The notes under the pieces were generated by a model. It was not told the DNA's origin. It saw nothing but the letters and a program-made list of their open reading frames with translations, and made no database searches. From an uncultured Pelagibacteraceae bacterium (GTDB lineage Bacteria; Pseudomonadota; Alphaproteobacteria; Pelagibacterales; AG-422-B15): DNA of 64,000 bases. Positions 22,127-31,448 of this stretch are shown piece after piece. The translations under genes were made by a program, and so were the position numbers. How positions within the stretch are numbered: position 1 is the stretch's first letter; every line of letters starts with the position of its first letter. The stretch covers positions 67,983 through 131,982 of the forward strand of contig CACIRX010000001.1 of NCBI GenBank assembly GCA_902589175.1. The letters run 5' to 3'.

Positions 22127-23056
22127 ATGGCAAATATTACCTCAGTTTCTAACAAACAGGAATTTGGGCTAGGTTCTATTGCGACAAAACTAGTTCTATA
22201 CATCTCCTTGCTTAAACCAAGGGTCATGTCACTTTCTATATTTACAAGCTTTGTAGGAATGATAATCGCACCCGGAAGTTTAAGTTTTACTACAGCTTTG
22301 CTCGCTATTCTTGCTATCTCAATTGGTTCTGGCGCGTCAGGAGCACTAAACATGTGGTATGAGAGAGATACTGACAAATTAATGAATAGAACAAAAGACC
22401 GAGCGTTGCCAACAAACCAAATAAGCGCAAATGGGGCACTCATCTACGGCATAACACTCTCAATAATTGCTGTATCAATGCTTTACTTGGTTTCAAATCT
22501 AGCAGCTGCAGGATTACTTTTAATGACAATTTGCTTTTATATATTTGTTTACACAATATGGCTTAAAAAGAGGACACCTCAAAATATTGTGATAGGAGGT
22601 GCAGCGGGAGCCTTTCCTCCGATGATCGGTTGGGCAGTTGTGACAGGAGGAATCTCAACTGAGATTTGCCTTCTTTTCATGTTAATTTTTCTATGGACGC
22701 CTCCTCATTTCTGGGCTCTTGCACTTTATAAATCTGATGATTACAAAAGGGCTGGAATTCCAATGATGCCACTGATTGTTGGTGAGCGTAAAACGATAAA
22801 TTTAATTATCGCATATTCGATTACCTTATTGCCACTTACTTTAATTATGAGTTCATACTATTCTTTGTTCTTTGGAGTTTCGTCAACAGCTCTAAGTATT
22901 TTTTTCATTTATTTGGCATTTGATCTCAAAAGATCGTGGATGAAAGATGGCTTGCTTGAGCGAAAAGCTCAAATGCTATTTTATTTTTCAATTATTTATC
23001 TGTTTAATATTTTCTCAATTCTATTAATCGATAATTTACTATGGAATATTTACTAA
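22127..23056 (+). CDS. ctaB: Protoheme IX farnesyltransferase (heme O synthase)
   Basis: UbiA-family motif 'NMWYERDTDKLMNRTKDRALP'. Polytopic membrane protein in the cox cluster. Confidence 0.9.
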   Translation: MANITSVSNKQEFGLGSIATKLVLYISLLKPRVMSLSIFTSFVGMIIAPGSLSFTTALLAILAISIGSGASGALNMWYERDTDKLMNRTKDRALPTNQISANGALIYGITLSIIAVSMLYLVSNLAAAGLLLMTICFYIFVYTIWLKKRTPQNIVIGGAAGAFPPMIGWAVVTGGISTEICLLFMLIFLWTPPHFWALALYKSDDYKRAGIPMMPLIVGERKTINLIIAYSITLLPLTLIMSSYYSLFFGVSSTALSIFFIYLAFDLKRSWMKDGLLERKAQMLFYFSIIYLFNIFSILLIDNLLWNIY

Positions 23057-23160
23057 TGGATAAAAAAATAAAAAAAAGAAATATAATAACTGCCCTCGTA
23101 CTAGTTTTCTTTGTGGCTTTATTTTTCTCTTACACTGTTTATAAGTTGGGAACGATTTAA
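23056..23160 (+). CDS. Unannotated 34-aa single-pass membrane peptide (MDKKIKKRNIITALVLVFFVALFFSYTVYKLGTI)
   Basis: The ATG overlaps the ctaB stop (TAATG). Its TAA is immediately followed by the ctaG ATG at 23161, so it fills the spacer exactly. Basic N-terminus plus a ~20-residue hydrophobic helix. Below the ORF-track length cutoff. Confidence 0.45.
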   Translation: MDKKIKKRNIITALVLVFFVALFFSYTVYKLGTI

Positions 23161-23697
23161 ATGAATTTTATTAGGTCAAACAACAGTATCACTGCGATTG
23201 GACTAATAGGAATAGTTATCGCCATGATCGCTTTAGCCTATGCGTCAGTGCCTCTATACAACTATTTTTGTAAAGTTACAGGATTTGGGGGCACTCCAAA
23301 TGTGTATTCTTCTGAAAGCATTTATTCTATCGATAAAACTATCAATGTTAGATTAGACTCCAACGTTGGTTCTACCCTCGATTGGGAATTCTATCCTGAG
23401 CAAAGAATTCATCAATTAAAGATAGGTGAAAATAAACTGATTAATTATGTGATAGAGAATAATACAAACCAAACTCTAAGCGGTACAGCTGTTTATAATG
23501 TATCACCAACTGAGGCAGGCAAGTACTTTAATAAAATTGAATGCTTTTGTTTTCAAGAAACAGAGCTCATGGCTAACGAAACTAAAATTATGCCAGTTTC
23601 ATTTTTTATAGATCCTGAAATTGAAAATGATAAATACATATCTGATTTATCAGAAGTTACTTTGTCCTATACCTTTTATGAAAACAGTGATACATAA
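23161..23697 (+). CDS. ctaG: Cytochrome c oxidase assembly protein Cox11/CtaG
   Basis: Copper-binding 'CFCF' motif ('IECFCFQE') and an N-terminal TM anchor. Confidence 0.9.
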   Translation: MNFIRSNNSITAIGLIGIVIAMIALAYASVPLYNYFCKVTGFGGTPNVYSSESIYSIDKTINVRLDSNVGSTLDWEFYPEQRIHQLKIGENKLINYVIENNTNQTLSGTAVYNVSPTEAGKYFNKIECFCFQETELMANETKIMPVSFFIDPEIENDKYISDLSEVTLSYTFYENSDT

Positions 23698-23703
23698 TTA
23701 GAT

Positions 23704-24504
23704 ATGAGTTCAGAAAATACAAAAAGAACACATGAATACCATTTAGTTGATCCGAGTCCTTGGCCCCTTCTTGCATCGATTGGAGCTTTAATCGCATGCG
23801 TTGGTGCGGTTGTTTATTTTAGGACTGATGACATGTGGACAATGATAATTGGTTTAGCAATTGTTATCTATGTCTCATATATGTGGTTTAGAGATGTGAT
23901 TATAGAGGGCGAGCATCAAGGTCATCACACCCCAGTTGTTCAAATTGGCCTTAGATACGGCATGACTTTATTTATTGCATCAGAAGTTATGTTCTTTGTT
24001 GCTTGGTTTTGGGCATATTTCAACGCAAGTTTATTCCCTACAGAACAAATAGGAGCTATATGGCCTCCACCAGATATTCATCTAATGGATCCATGGCATA
24101 TACCTCTAATCAACACGTTAATCTTGCTTTTATCAGGAACAACAGTTACCTGGGCTCATCATGCATTGCTAGAAGGAAATAGAAAAGAGCTAATACAGGG
24201 ACTATGGTGCACGGTAGGACTTGGTGTCGTATTCACTGGTTTTCAGGTTTATGAATACATGCATGCTGATTTTTCATTTTCTGGGCACATCTATGGCGCA
24301 ACTTTTTATATGGCGACTGGCTTTCATGGCTTTCATGTTCTAATTGGAACAATATTCTTGATTGTTTGCCTTGCAAGATCGATTGCTGGCCATTTTAAAT
24401 CGGACCATCATTTTGGTTTCGAGGCCGCTGCTTGGTATTGGCATTTTGTTGATGTTGTTTGGTTATTTTTATTTGCAGCAATTTATGTTTGGGGCTCATA
24501 TTAA
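23704..24504 (+). CDS. coxC: Cytochrome c oxidase subunit III
   Basis: 7-TM subunit III with 'HLVDPSPWP' N-terminus and 'ATGFHGFHVLIGT'. Confidence 0.95.
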   Translation: MSSENTKRTHEYHLVDPSPWPLLASIGALIACVGAVVYFRTDDMWTMIIGLAIVIYVSYMWFRDVIIEGEHQGHHTPVVQIGLRYGMTLFIASEVMFFVAWFWAYFNASLFPTEQIGAIWPPPDIHLMDPWHIPLINTLILLLSGTTVTWAHHALLEGNRKELIQGLWCTVGLGVVFTGFQVYEYMHADFSFSGHIYGATFYMATGFHGFHVLIGTIFLIVCLARSIAGHFKSDHHFGFEAAAWYWHFVDVVWLFLFAAIYVWGSY

Positions 24505-24516
24505 TAAATACTATAA

Positions 24517-25212
24517 TTGATTAAAAATCTTCTTTTCCACTTAATATTTATTTCAACAATCGTACTGCTTCTTTTGCTTTGTTTTTGGCAAACACAAAGG
24601 CTCGAATGGAAAAATAATTTAATAGAGTCAATTAATTCTAATTATAATTCTGTACTAGATGAATTTCCATCAAACGACGAGAACTCTCAATATGAATTCA
24701 TGAATACTTCGGTAAAAGGACAACTATTAACTGGTAAAAAAATGTTTTTTTATAAATTTAATCTTAAAGGAGAGTCTGGTTATGAAATTGTCTTACCAAT
24801 GCAAATGATTAGCAAAAAATTTATTTATGTAATACTTGGCTGGATACCGTTTGACTCTAAAGATAATTTTGAATTAGATGAAGTTTTCAAAAATAGTGAG
24901 ATAGAAATCAGAGGAGCTTTAATCTATTCGAAGGATCGAAAGCCGCTTATTCCAGAAAATGATACAATTGCAAATACCTGGTATTTGCTCAATACAAGTG
25001 AAATGGATAAATATCATAAATTAAATTCTAGTAAGTATATGATAAAATTATTAGACCAAAGCTATTCTGATAATGTTCTAATTGAATTTGAGCCTTCTAA
25101 TATAACAAATAATCATCTCCAGTATGCTGTCACCTGGTTTTTGTTGTCTTTTGTAATTATGATAATGTATATCTACTATATTAGACAAAAGGTGCAAAAA
25201 AATGAGGTATAG
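24517..25212 (+). CDS. SURF1-family cytochrome oxidase assembly protein
   Basis: TTG start, 'FWQTQRLEWKNNLI' SURF1 motif, terminal TM helices. Conserved position after coxC. Confidence 0.8.
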   Translation: MIKNLLFHLIFISTIVLLLLLCFWQTQRLEWKNNLIESINSNYNSVLDEFPSNDENSQYEFMNTSVKGQLLTGKKMFFYKFNLKGESGYEIVLPMQMISKKFIYVILGWIPFDSKDNFELDEVFKNSEIEIRGALIYSKDRKPLIPENDTIANTWYLLNTSEMDKYHKLNSSKYMIKLLDQSYSDNVLIEFEPSNITNNHLQYAVTWFLLSFVIMIMYIYYIRQKVQKNEV

Positions 25213-26587
25213 AAGCACAAGGGGCAGCGATTACTTTGGGTTTAGAGAAGTTTTATTTGCCGGCTTAGCAAATGATGGAGGCCTATTTATTCCTGAAAAT
25301 TGGCCAAATATAAACCATAAAGATATTAATCGAAATGTAAGTTATGAGGACTTAACAGAAATTATTTTATCTCCATTTATTGGTGACGAAATAGAATCCG
25401 ATCAATTGAAGAGGATTATTAAAGAAGCGTATTCAAATAACTTTACAGAAAGTGGCTGTGTATCATTCAAGGAGCTTAATGCAAACGAAATAATCGTGGA
25501 GCTATTCAATGGCCCAACTTTAGCCTTCAAAGACTTCGCAATGCAATTACTTATCCCTCTTTTTGATCATTTTTTAGAAAAAGAAAATAAAAGAATAAAT
25601 CTTATAGTAGCAACATCAGGCGATACAGGATCAGCCGCTATCAACGCTGTAAAAAGAAGTAAAAACATAAATATTTTCTGTTTATATCCTAAGGGTAGGA
25701 TTTCAGAATTTCAGAGAAGGCAGATGTCTACTGTTAATCAGGAAAATATTTTTCTTTGTGAAGTAGAAGGAACTTTTGATGACTGTCAAAAAATTGTTAA
25801 AGATATTTTGAAAGATACAGATTATAGTATGAATAATAATATATCAGCAGTTAATTCAATTAATTGGGCAAGAATTATCATTCAATCAGTATATTACTTT
25901 TATACATTTATTAATTTTACTGAAAGAGCTTCCAATAAAGTTAATTTTTCTGTCCCAACTGGTAACTTCGGAGATATTTATGCTGGTTATGTTTCATATA
26001 AAATGGGATTACCTATCAATAAATTAATAGTGGCTACTAACGAAAACGATATTCTAAATAGGTTTATGAAGTCAGGAGTATATGAATCTAAAACAGTCAT
26101 AAAAACATCAAGCCCAAGTATGGATATTCAGGTAGCAAGTAATTTTGAAAGATTGCTTTTTGATATACTTAATCAATCAAATACTGAAACAAAAGTATCA
26201 ATGGAAAATTTTGAAGAAAGTGGAAAAATATCAATATCTGAGGAAAATTTAGAAAAAGTTCGAGAGGTATTTAGCTCGAATAGTTCTTCAATGGATATCG
26301 TTCAAAACACAATCAAATCCGTGAAAGATAATTTTTCATATGTTATTGACCCCCACACTGCTACAGGACTGGATGCATCAAGATTTGAAAAAGATATGGA
26401 TAGGCTTAATTTTGTTTTGGCTACAGCTCACCCTGTAAAATTTTCTGAGGTTGTTGAAAAATCAATAGGTGAAGGTTTAAATTTAATGAGTAAATACAAT
26501 TACTTATTTGATGCTGAAGAAAAAATGTATAAAATGGAAAATAACACAATTCGAATTAAAGAATTCATTAGGGAGCAAATAAGCTAG
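25202..26587 (+). CDS. thrC: Threonine synthase
   Basis: 'MRYRSTRG' N-terminus and PLP-lysine motif 'PTLAFKDFAMQ'. Long-form ThrC. Confidence 0.9.
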   Translation: MRYRSTRGSDYFGFREVLFAGLANDGGLFIPENWPNINHKDINRNVSYEDLTEIILSPFIGDEIESDQLKRIIKEAYSNNFTESGCVSFKELNANEIIVELFNGPTLAFKDFAMQLLIPLFDHFLEKENKRINLIVATSGDTGSAAINAVKRSKNINIFCLYPKGRISEFQRRQMSTVNQENIFLCEVEGTFDDCQKIVKDILKDTDYSMNNNISAVNSINWARIIIQSVYYFYTFINFTERASNKVNFSVPTGNFGDIYAGYVSYKMGLPINKLIVATNENDILNRFMKSGVYESKTVIKTSSPSMDIQVASNFERLLFDILNQSNTETKVSMENFEESGKISISEENLEKVREVFSSNSSSMDIVQNTIKSVKDNFSYVIDPHTATGLDASRFEKDMDRLNFVLATAHPVKFSEVVEKSIGEGLNLMSKYNYLFDAEEKMYKMENNTIRIKEFIREQIS

Positions 26588-27162
26588 TGTCATTTTTAAC
26601 AACTTATTATCCAAAAAAGATAACATTTGAGAGGAAAGGTGAAAACGTCACCCTAAGACCTCCTGATTATAAAGATTGGAAATCATGGTCTTCATTAAAA
26701 GAAAAAAATAAAAGATATTTAAAACCGTGGGAACCTACATGGTCACCAAATGAACTTGAAAGAAGTTCATTTGTAAAAAGAGTAAGATATTTTGAAAAAC
26801 TTGCATTAGATGACAACGCATATTCCTTTCTGATATTTGAAAAAAAAAATAATAATTTGATTGGCGAAATTAATATTAATAATGTTCAAAGAGGCGTAGT
26901 TCAATCTTGCTCAATTGGGTATTGGATTTGTGAAACTAAGATGGGCAAAGGTTTAATGAGTGAGTCAATAAAACTTATCAAAGAATTTATTTTTGATGAA
27001 TTGAATTTACACAGAGTAGAGGCAGCGTGCCTACCAAGGAATGAGCGTTCTTTAAAGACACTTGAAAAAAATAATTTTTGCATTGAAGGATTAGTAAGAC
27101 AGTATTTGAAAATCAATGGCAAGTGGGAGGACCACTTACTTTTATCTTGTATTAAGGAATAA
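26587..27162 (+). CDS. GNAT N-acetyltransferase (RimJ/RimL-like)
   Basis: GTG start overlapping the thrC stop (TAGTG). 'GYWICETKMGKGLMSE...LHRVEAACLPRNERSLKTLEKNNF' is typical of RimJ-type GNATs. Confidence 0.75.
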   Translation: MSFLTTYYPKKITFERKGENVTLRPPDYKDWKSWSSLKEKNKRYLKPWEPTWSPNELERSSFVKRVRYFEKLALDDNAYSFLIFEKKNNNLIGEININNVQRGVVQSCSIGYWICETKMGKGLMSESIKLIKEFIFDELNLHRVEAACLPRNERSLKTLEKNNFCIEGLVRQYLKINGKWEDHLLLSCIKE

Positions 27163-27180
27163 ATTTAGTATGGTCGTCAA

Positions 27181-27666
27181 ATGTCAGATTTAATTGGAAA
27201 TGAATTACCAAATGAAACTTTAGTTTTTATGGATAAGGACAAAGGTCCACAACCATTAAAGATATTGGACTTCTGCAAAGGGAAAAAAATAGTAATCTTT
27301 GGTGTACCAGGTGCATTCACACCAACATGTGCTCGAAATCATTTACCTGGCTTTATAGAGAATGCTGACAAAATTAGAGAAAAAGCTGTTGATGAAATAG
27401 TATGTTTTGCAACTAACGACATATTTACTATGTCAGCATGGGAGGAAATGTCTGGATCAAATGGAAAAATAAAATTTTTATCAGATAGTAAGGCTGAGTT
27501 TGCAAAATCATTAGGCACAGACTATCCCGATACATTTGGAACATCGATCAAGACAAAAAGATGCTCACTACTTGTCAATGATGGAATTATTGAAAAGTTT
27601 TTTGTCGAAGTTGATGGTGGTAAAGTTGATGTAAGTGGAGCAAATAAAATGATGGATTTACTATAA
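27181..27666 (+). CDS. Peroxiredoxin, Prx5 (glutathione/glutaredoxin-dependent) type
   Basis: 'FGVPGAFTPTC' peroxidatic-Cys motif. Confidence 0.85.
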   Translation: MSDLIGNELPNETLVFMDKDKGPQPLKILDFCKGKKIVIFGVPGAFTPTCARNHLPGFIENADKIREKAVDEIVCFATNDIFTMSAWEEMSGSNGKIKFLSDSKAEFAKSLGTDYPDTFGTSIKTKRCSLLVNDGIIEKFFVEVDGGKVDVSGANKMMDLL

Positions 27667-27667
27667 T

Positions 27668-28102
27668 TTATCCTTTTATCTGAGCGACCGCCAGTTTATC
27701 AGCAATTTCATTTCCGTAATCACCTGAATGACCCTTCACCCACTCCCATTTTATCGAGTGTTTATCCGTCAGATTGTCTAATTCAACCCAAAGATCTTTA
27801 TTTTTTACGTCTTTTTTTTGTGCAGTCTTCCAATTATTGATTTTCCATTTTTTTATCCACTCCTGAATACCTTGCATGACATACTTTGAGTCAGTGAAAA
27901 TTATTATGTCTCTTTTTTCATTAAGATAATCTAGAGCATTAATAACTGCTTTTAATTCCATTCTGTTATTTGTGGTGTTATTTTCAGATCCACTTAACTC
28001 AATTTTCTTATCATCAATTTCAATGTAAGCTCCCCAACCTCCATTGCCCGGATTGCCTGAGCAAGCTCCATCGGTGTACATAACAACCTTTTTAGAGGCC
28101 AT
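27668..28102 (-). CDS. rnhA: Ribonuclease HI
   Basis: 'YTDGACSGNPGNGGWG', 'TNNRMEL', 'W.KGHSG..GNE.AD' catalytic DEDD context. Confidence 0.9.
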   Translation of the reverse strand: MASKKVVMYTDGACSGNPGNGGWGAYIEIDDKKIELSGSENNTTNNRMELKAVINALDYLNEKRDIIIFTDSKYVMQGIQEWIKKWKINNWKTAQKKDVKNKDLWVELDNLTDKHSIKWEWVKGHSGDYGNEIADKLAVAQIKG

Positions 28103-29054
28103 ATTCGCCTACTTTTTTAACGGATTGGTGAAATTGGAGTTTAGTGAGATACTCATTAGGGTCCTTTTTAAGGATCAGTTCATTATCATCATGTGAATAG
28201 TAGTCGATTAAACGAGTTAGTAGATACCTTAGAGATGATGCTCTTGTAAGAAGAGGTAAAGCTTTCTTTTCTTCCTCTGAAAATTCTCGCAACTGATTGT
28301 AACTGCCCAATAAATGTTTTGCTTTTGTTGGATTGAATTCGTTATTATTTGGCTCAAAACACCATGCATTCAGACAGATAGCAATTTCGTAAGCATAATA
28401 ATCGGTGCATGCAAAATAAAAATCTATTATACCTGTAACCTCATTACCTTCAAAAAAAATATTATCTGGAAAAAGATCTGCATGAATTATACCTGAAGGT
28501 AAACTATGACCAAGGTTTCCAGATAGGAAAGTATATTCTTCATTGATTAAGTCGATTACCTGCGCGTCTATATTATCGTCAAAATTTTTTAAAGTTTCAA
28601 TTAAGCTGTTGAGGTTTACAAATCCAAGCTCATTTTCTCTAGTCATTTCAAGTCTAGCTGATTCTTTATGCATTCTTGCGATAGTGGAGCCTAAAGACGC
28701 ACAGTGTATTGGTTTAATTTGATCTATTGACCTACCTTTTAAGAACGATGTGATTACAGCTTTCTTATTTTGAATTGAGTTTGAGTAATTTCCTTTTTTA
28801 TCTTGTATTACCTCAGGGCACTTTACATTGTTCTTATTCAAATGATTCATTAGATCAAAAAAGAATTGAAGATTATTCTGATTTGTTCTTTCTTCAAAAA
28901 TTGTAAGTATGTAATTTTTTTCTAGAGTCTTTAGTAAATAATTTGAATTAGAAGTTCCACCTTTTATACCTGAAAATTCAAGAACATTTTCAATACTATA
29001 GTGTTCAGTAAAAAGATCCAATTCTTCTCTAGATATGTGCGTATAGACTGCCAT
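28092..29054 (-). CDS. thrB: Homoserine kinase, type II (aminoglycoside-phosphotransferase fold)
   Basis: APH-type catalytic loop 'IHADLFPDNIFF'. Conserved thrB-rnhA adjacency with an 11-nt overlap. Confidence 0.85.
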   Translation of the reverse strand: MAVYTHISREELDLFTEHYSIENVLEFSGIKGGTSNSNYLLKTLEKNYILTIFEERTNQNNLQFFFDLMNHLNKNNVKCPEVIQDKKGNYSNSIQNKKAVITSFLKGRSIDQIKPIHCASLGSTIARMHKESARLEMTRENELGFVNLNSLIETLKNFDDNIDAQVIDLINEEYTFLSGNLGHSLPSGIIHADLFPDNIFFEGNEVTGIIDFYFACTDYYAYEIAICLNAWCFEPNNNEFNPTKAKHLLGSYNQLREFSEEEKKALPLLTRASSLRYLLTRLIDYYSHDDNELILKKDPNEYLTKLQFHQSVKKVGEYGL

Positions 29055-29094
29055 AATTTATTTATAGCTTAGAAAGAGAGATATAAATAATAAA

Positions 29095-29589
29095 TTATAC
29101 CTTAAGTTTACTTATTTGATCGATTGATTGTTTTACAAGCTTATCTGCATTTTGGTCGTTGATGTTTTCTAAGATAATTTTCTCAGCAATATTTACTGAG
29201 TTATTTACAATCTCGTCATTAACTTTTGATATAGCCATTTTTTCAGCCCTTGATATCTTTTCTATGGCTTGCTGTTCGGCTCTTTTAATAAATTCTTCTG
29301 CTTTTAATTTTGACTCTTCTTCATGATTCTTTGCAATTTCCTTTGCTTGATCAATAATTGCTTTTGCTTCCTCATCAGCAGACTGAACCTTTCTCTCGTA
29401 ATCGGCTAAAAGAGAATTTGCTTCTTCTTTTAATTTTCGGGCATTATCTAACTCAGATTTGATTTTATCAATTTCACCATCAAGAAGTTTCGCAATCATT
29501 GATGGCGCTTTAATTACAAGCGCAATTATGACAAATATTATAAAAGCTACTAATACCCAAGACGATGGATCTGAAAAGAATGATGACAT
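29095..29589 (-). CDS. atpF: ATP synthase F0 subunit b
   Basis: N-terminal TM helix followed by a long charged coiled coil. Last gene of the F0 string. Confidence 0.85.
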   Translation of the reverse strand: MSSFFSDPSSWVLVAFIIFVIIALVIKAPSMIAKLLDGEIDKIKSELDNARKLKEEANSLLADYERKVQSADEEAKAIIDQAKEIAKNHEEESKLKAEEFIKRAEQQAIEKISRAEKMAISKVNDEIVNNSVNIAEKIILENINDQNADKLVKQSIDQISKLKV

Positions 29590-29605
29590 TAAATACTTCC
29601 TAGCA

Positions 29606-30157
29606 TTAGTTTAATTTCTTATTTATTTCCTCATCTGAAGGAATATTTTCAATATATCTTGATACTATAGCTTTAATGGTATCTAACGTTGCATTTCTTA
29701 TTTCAGTCTTAGATTTTTCTTCTTGAGCTTTTATTTTAGCTTGAGACTCAGAGATTAGGGAGTTTAATTTTACTTCATTCTCCTTTTTAAGCATTTCTAA
29801 ATGATCAAGCATTGCTTTTTTTGAATTAGTGATAATCTCATTTGATTCTTGCGATGCACTTGCCATTTGCTCATCATATTTTTTTAATATATCAGTTGCT
29901 TCTGTATTAAGATTATCGGCATCATTGATGTCATTTGAAATCTTATCTCTTCTTTCTTCAATTGTTGCGCCTAACCTTGGTATTACAAATTTCCACATAA
30001 ACAGGTATAAAAGTGAAAACGTAATTACAAGCCAAAATAATTGAGATGGAAATGTCGCAATATCCATCTGCGGAAGACCAGCAGATTTCTGGCCCTCTGC
30101 AGCATATGCGAAATTAATTGGCGCAGTTAATAGAAAAGCTTTTAATAAGATTTTCAC
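29606..30157 (-). CDS. atpF2: ATP synthase F0 subunit b' (second b-type subunit of alphaproteobacteria)
   Basis: Signal/TM segment plus b-type coiled coil. Lies between atpE and atpF, as in alphaproteobacterial F0 operons. Confidence 0.8.
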   Translation of the reverse strand: MKILLKAFLLTAPINFAYAAEGQKSAGLPQMDIATFPSQLFWLVITFSLLYLFMWKFVIPRLGATIEERRDKISNDINDADNLNTEATDILKKYDEQMASASQESNEIITNSKKAMLDHLEMLKKENEVKLNSLISESQAKIKAQEEKSKTEIRNATLDTIKAIVSRYIENIPSDEEINKKLN

Positions 30158-30162
30158 TTTTC

Positions 30163-31154
<992 letters not shown>

Positions 31155-31165
31155 CGATATATTTT

Positions 31166-31438
31166 TTAGTTATTTTGAAGACTTTTTGCAACCCTAAAAA
31201 CGTTAAGAATTCCTGCTGCACTACCTAAGAGAAAGAAAATTAATGTGAAGATGGGTCTGGTATTAAAATAATTGTCAATCAGCAAACCAATTCCTAGTCC
31301 AACAGCCATTGCTGCGACAATTTCAACCACTACTTTCATGATTTTACCGAATGGTTTGGGGGCCTTAGCTTCTTTAATAGACTGGCTTTCTTTTGCTTTT
31401 TTTATTCTATTTTCAAGAGAATTAGCATCATTATTCAT
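31166..31438 (-). CDS. atpI: AtpI/AtpZ-like small membrane protein of the F0 operon
   Basis: Two TM helices directly upstream of atpB. The internal ATG at 31438 (MNNDANS...) avoids the overlap with smc implied by the track start at 31465. Confidence 0.65.
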   Translation of the reverse strand: MNNDANSLENRIKKAKESQSIKEAKAPKPFGKIMKVVVEIVAAMAVGLGIGLLIDNYFNTRPIFTLIFFLLGSAAGILNVFRVAKSLQNN

Positions 31439-31448
31439 CTTCAATATA

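Noticed and set aside
29058-29090. 9-bp AT inverted repeat (TTATTTATA-N15-TATAAATAA) between atpF and thrB as an F0-operon terminator.
   Set aside because: The stem is entirely A/T with a 15-nt loop and no following U-tract on the transcribed (minus) strand. It is thermodynamically marginal and plausibly coincidental.
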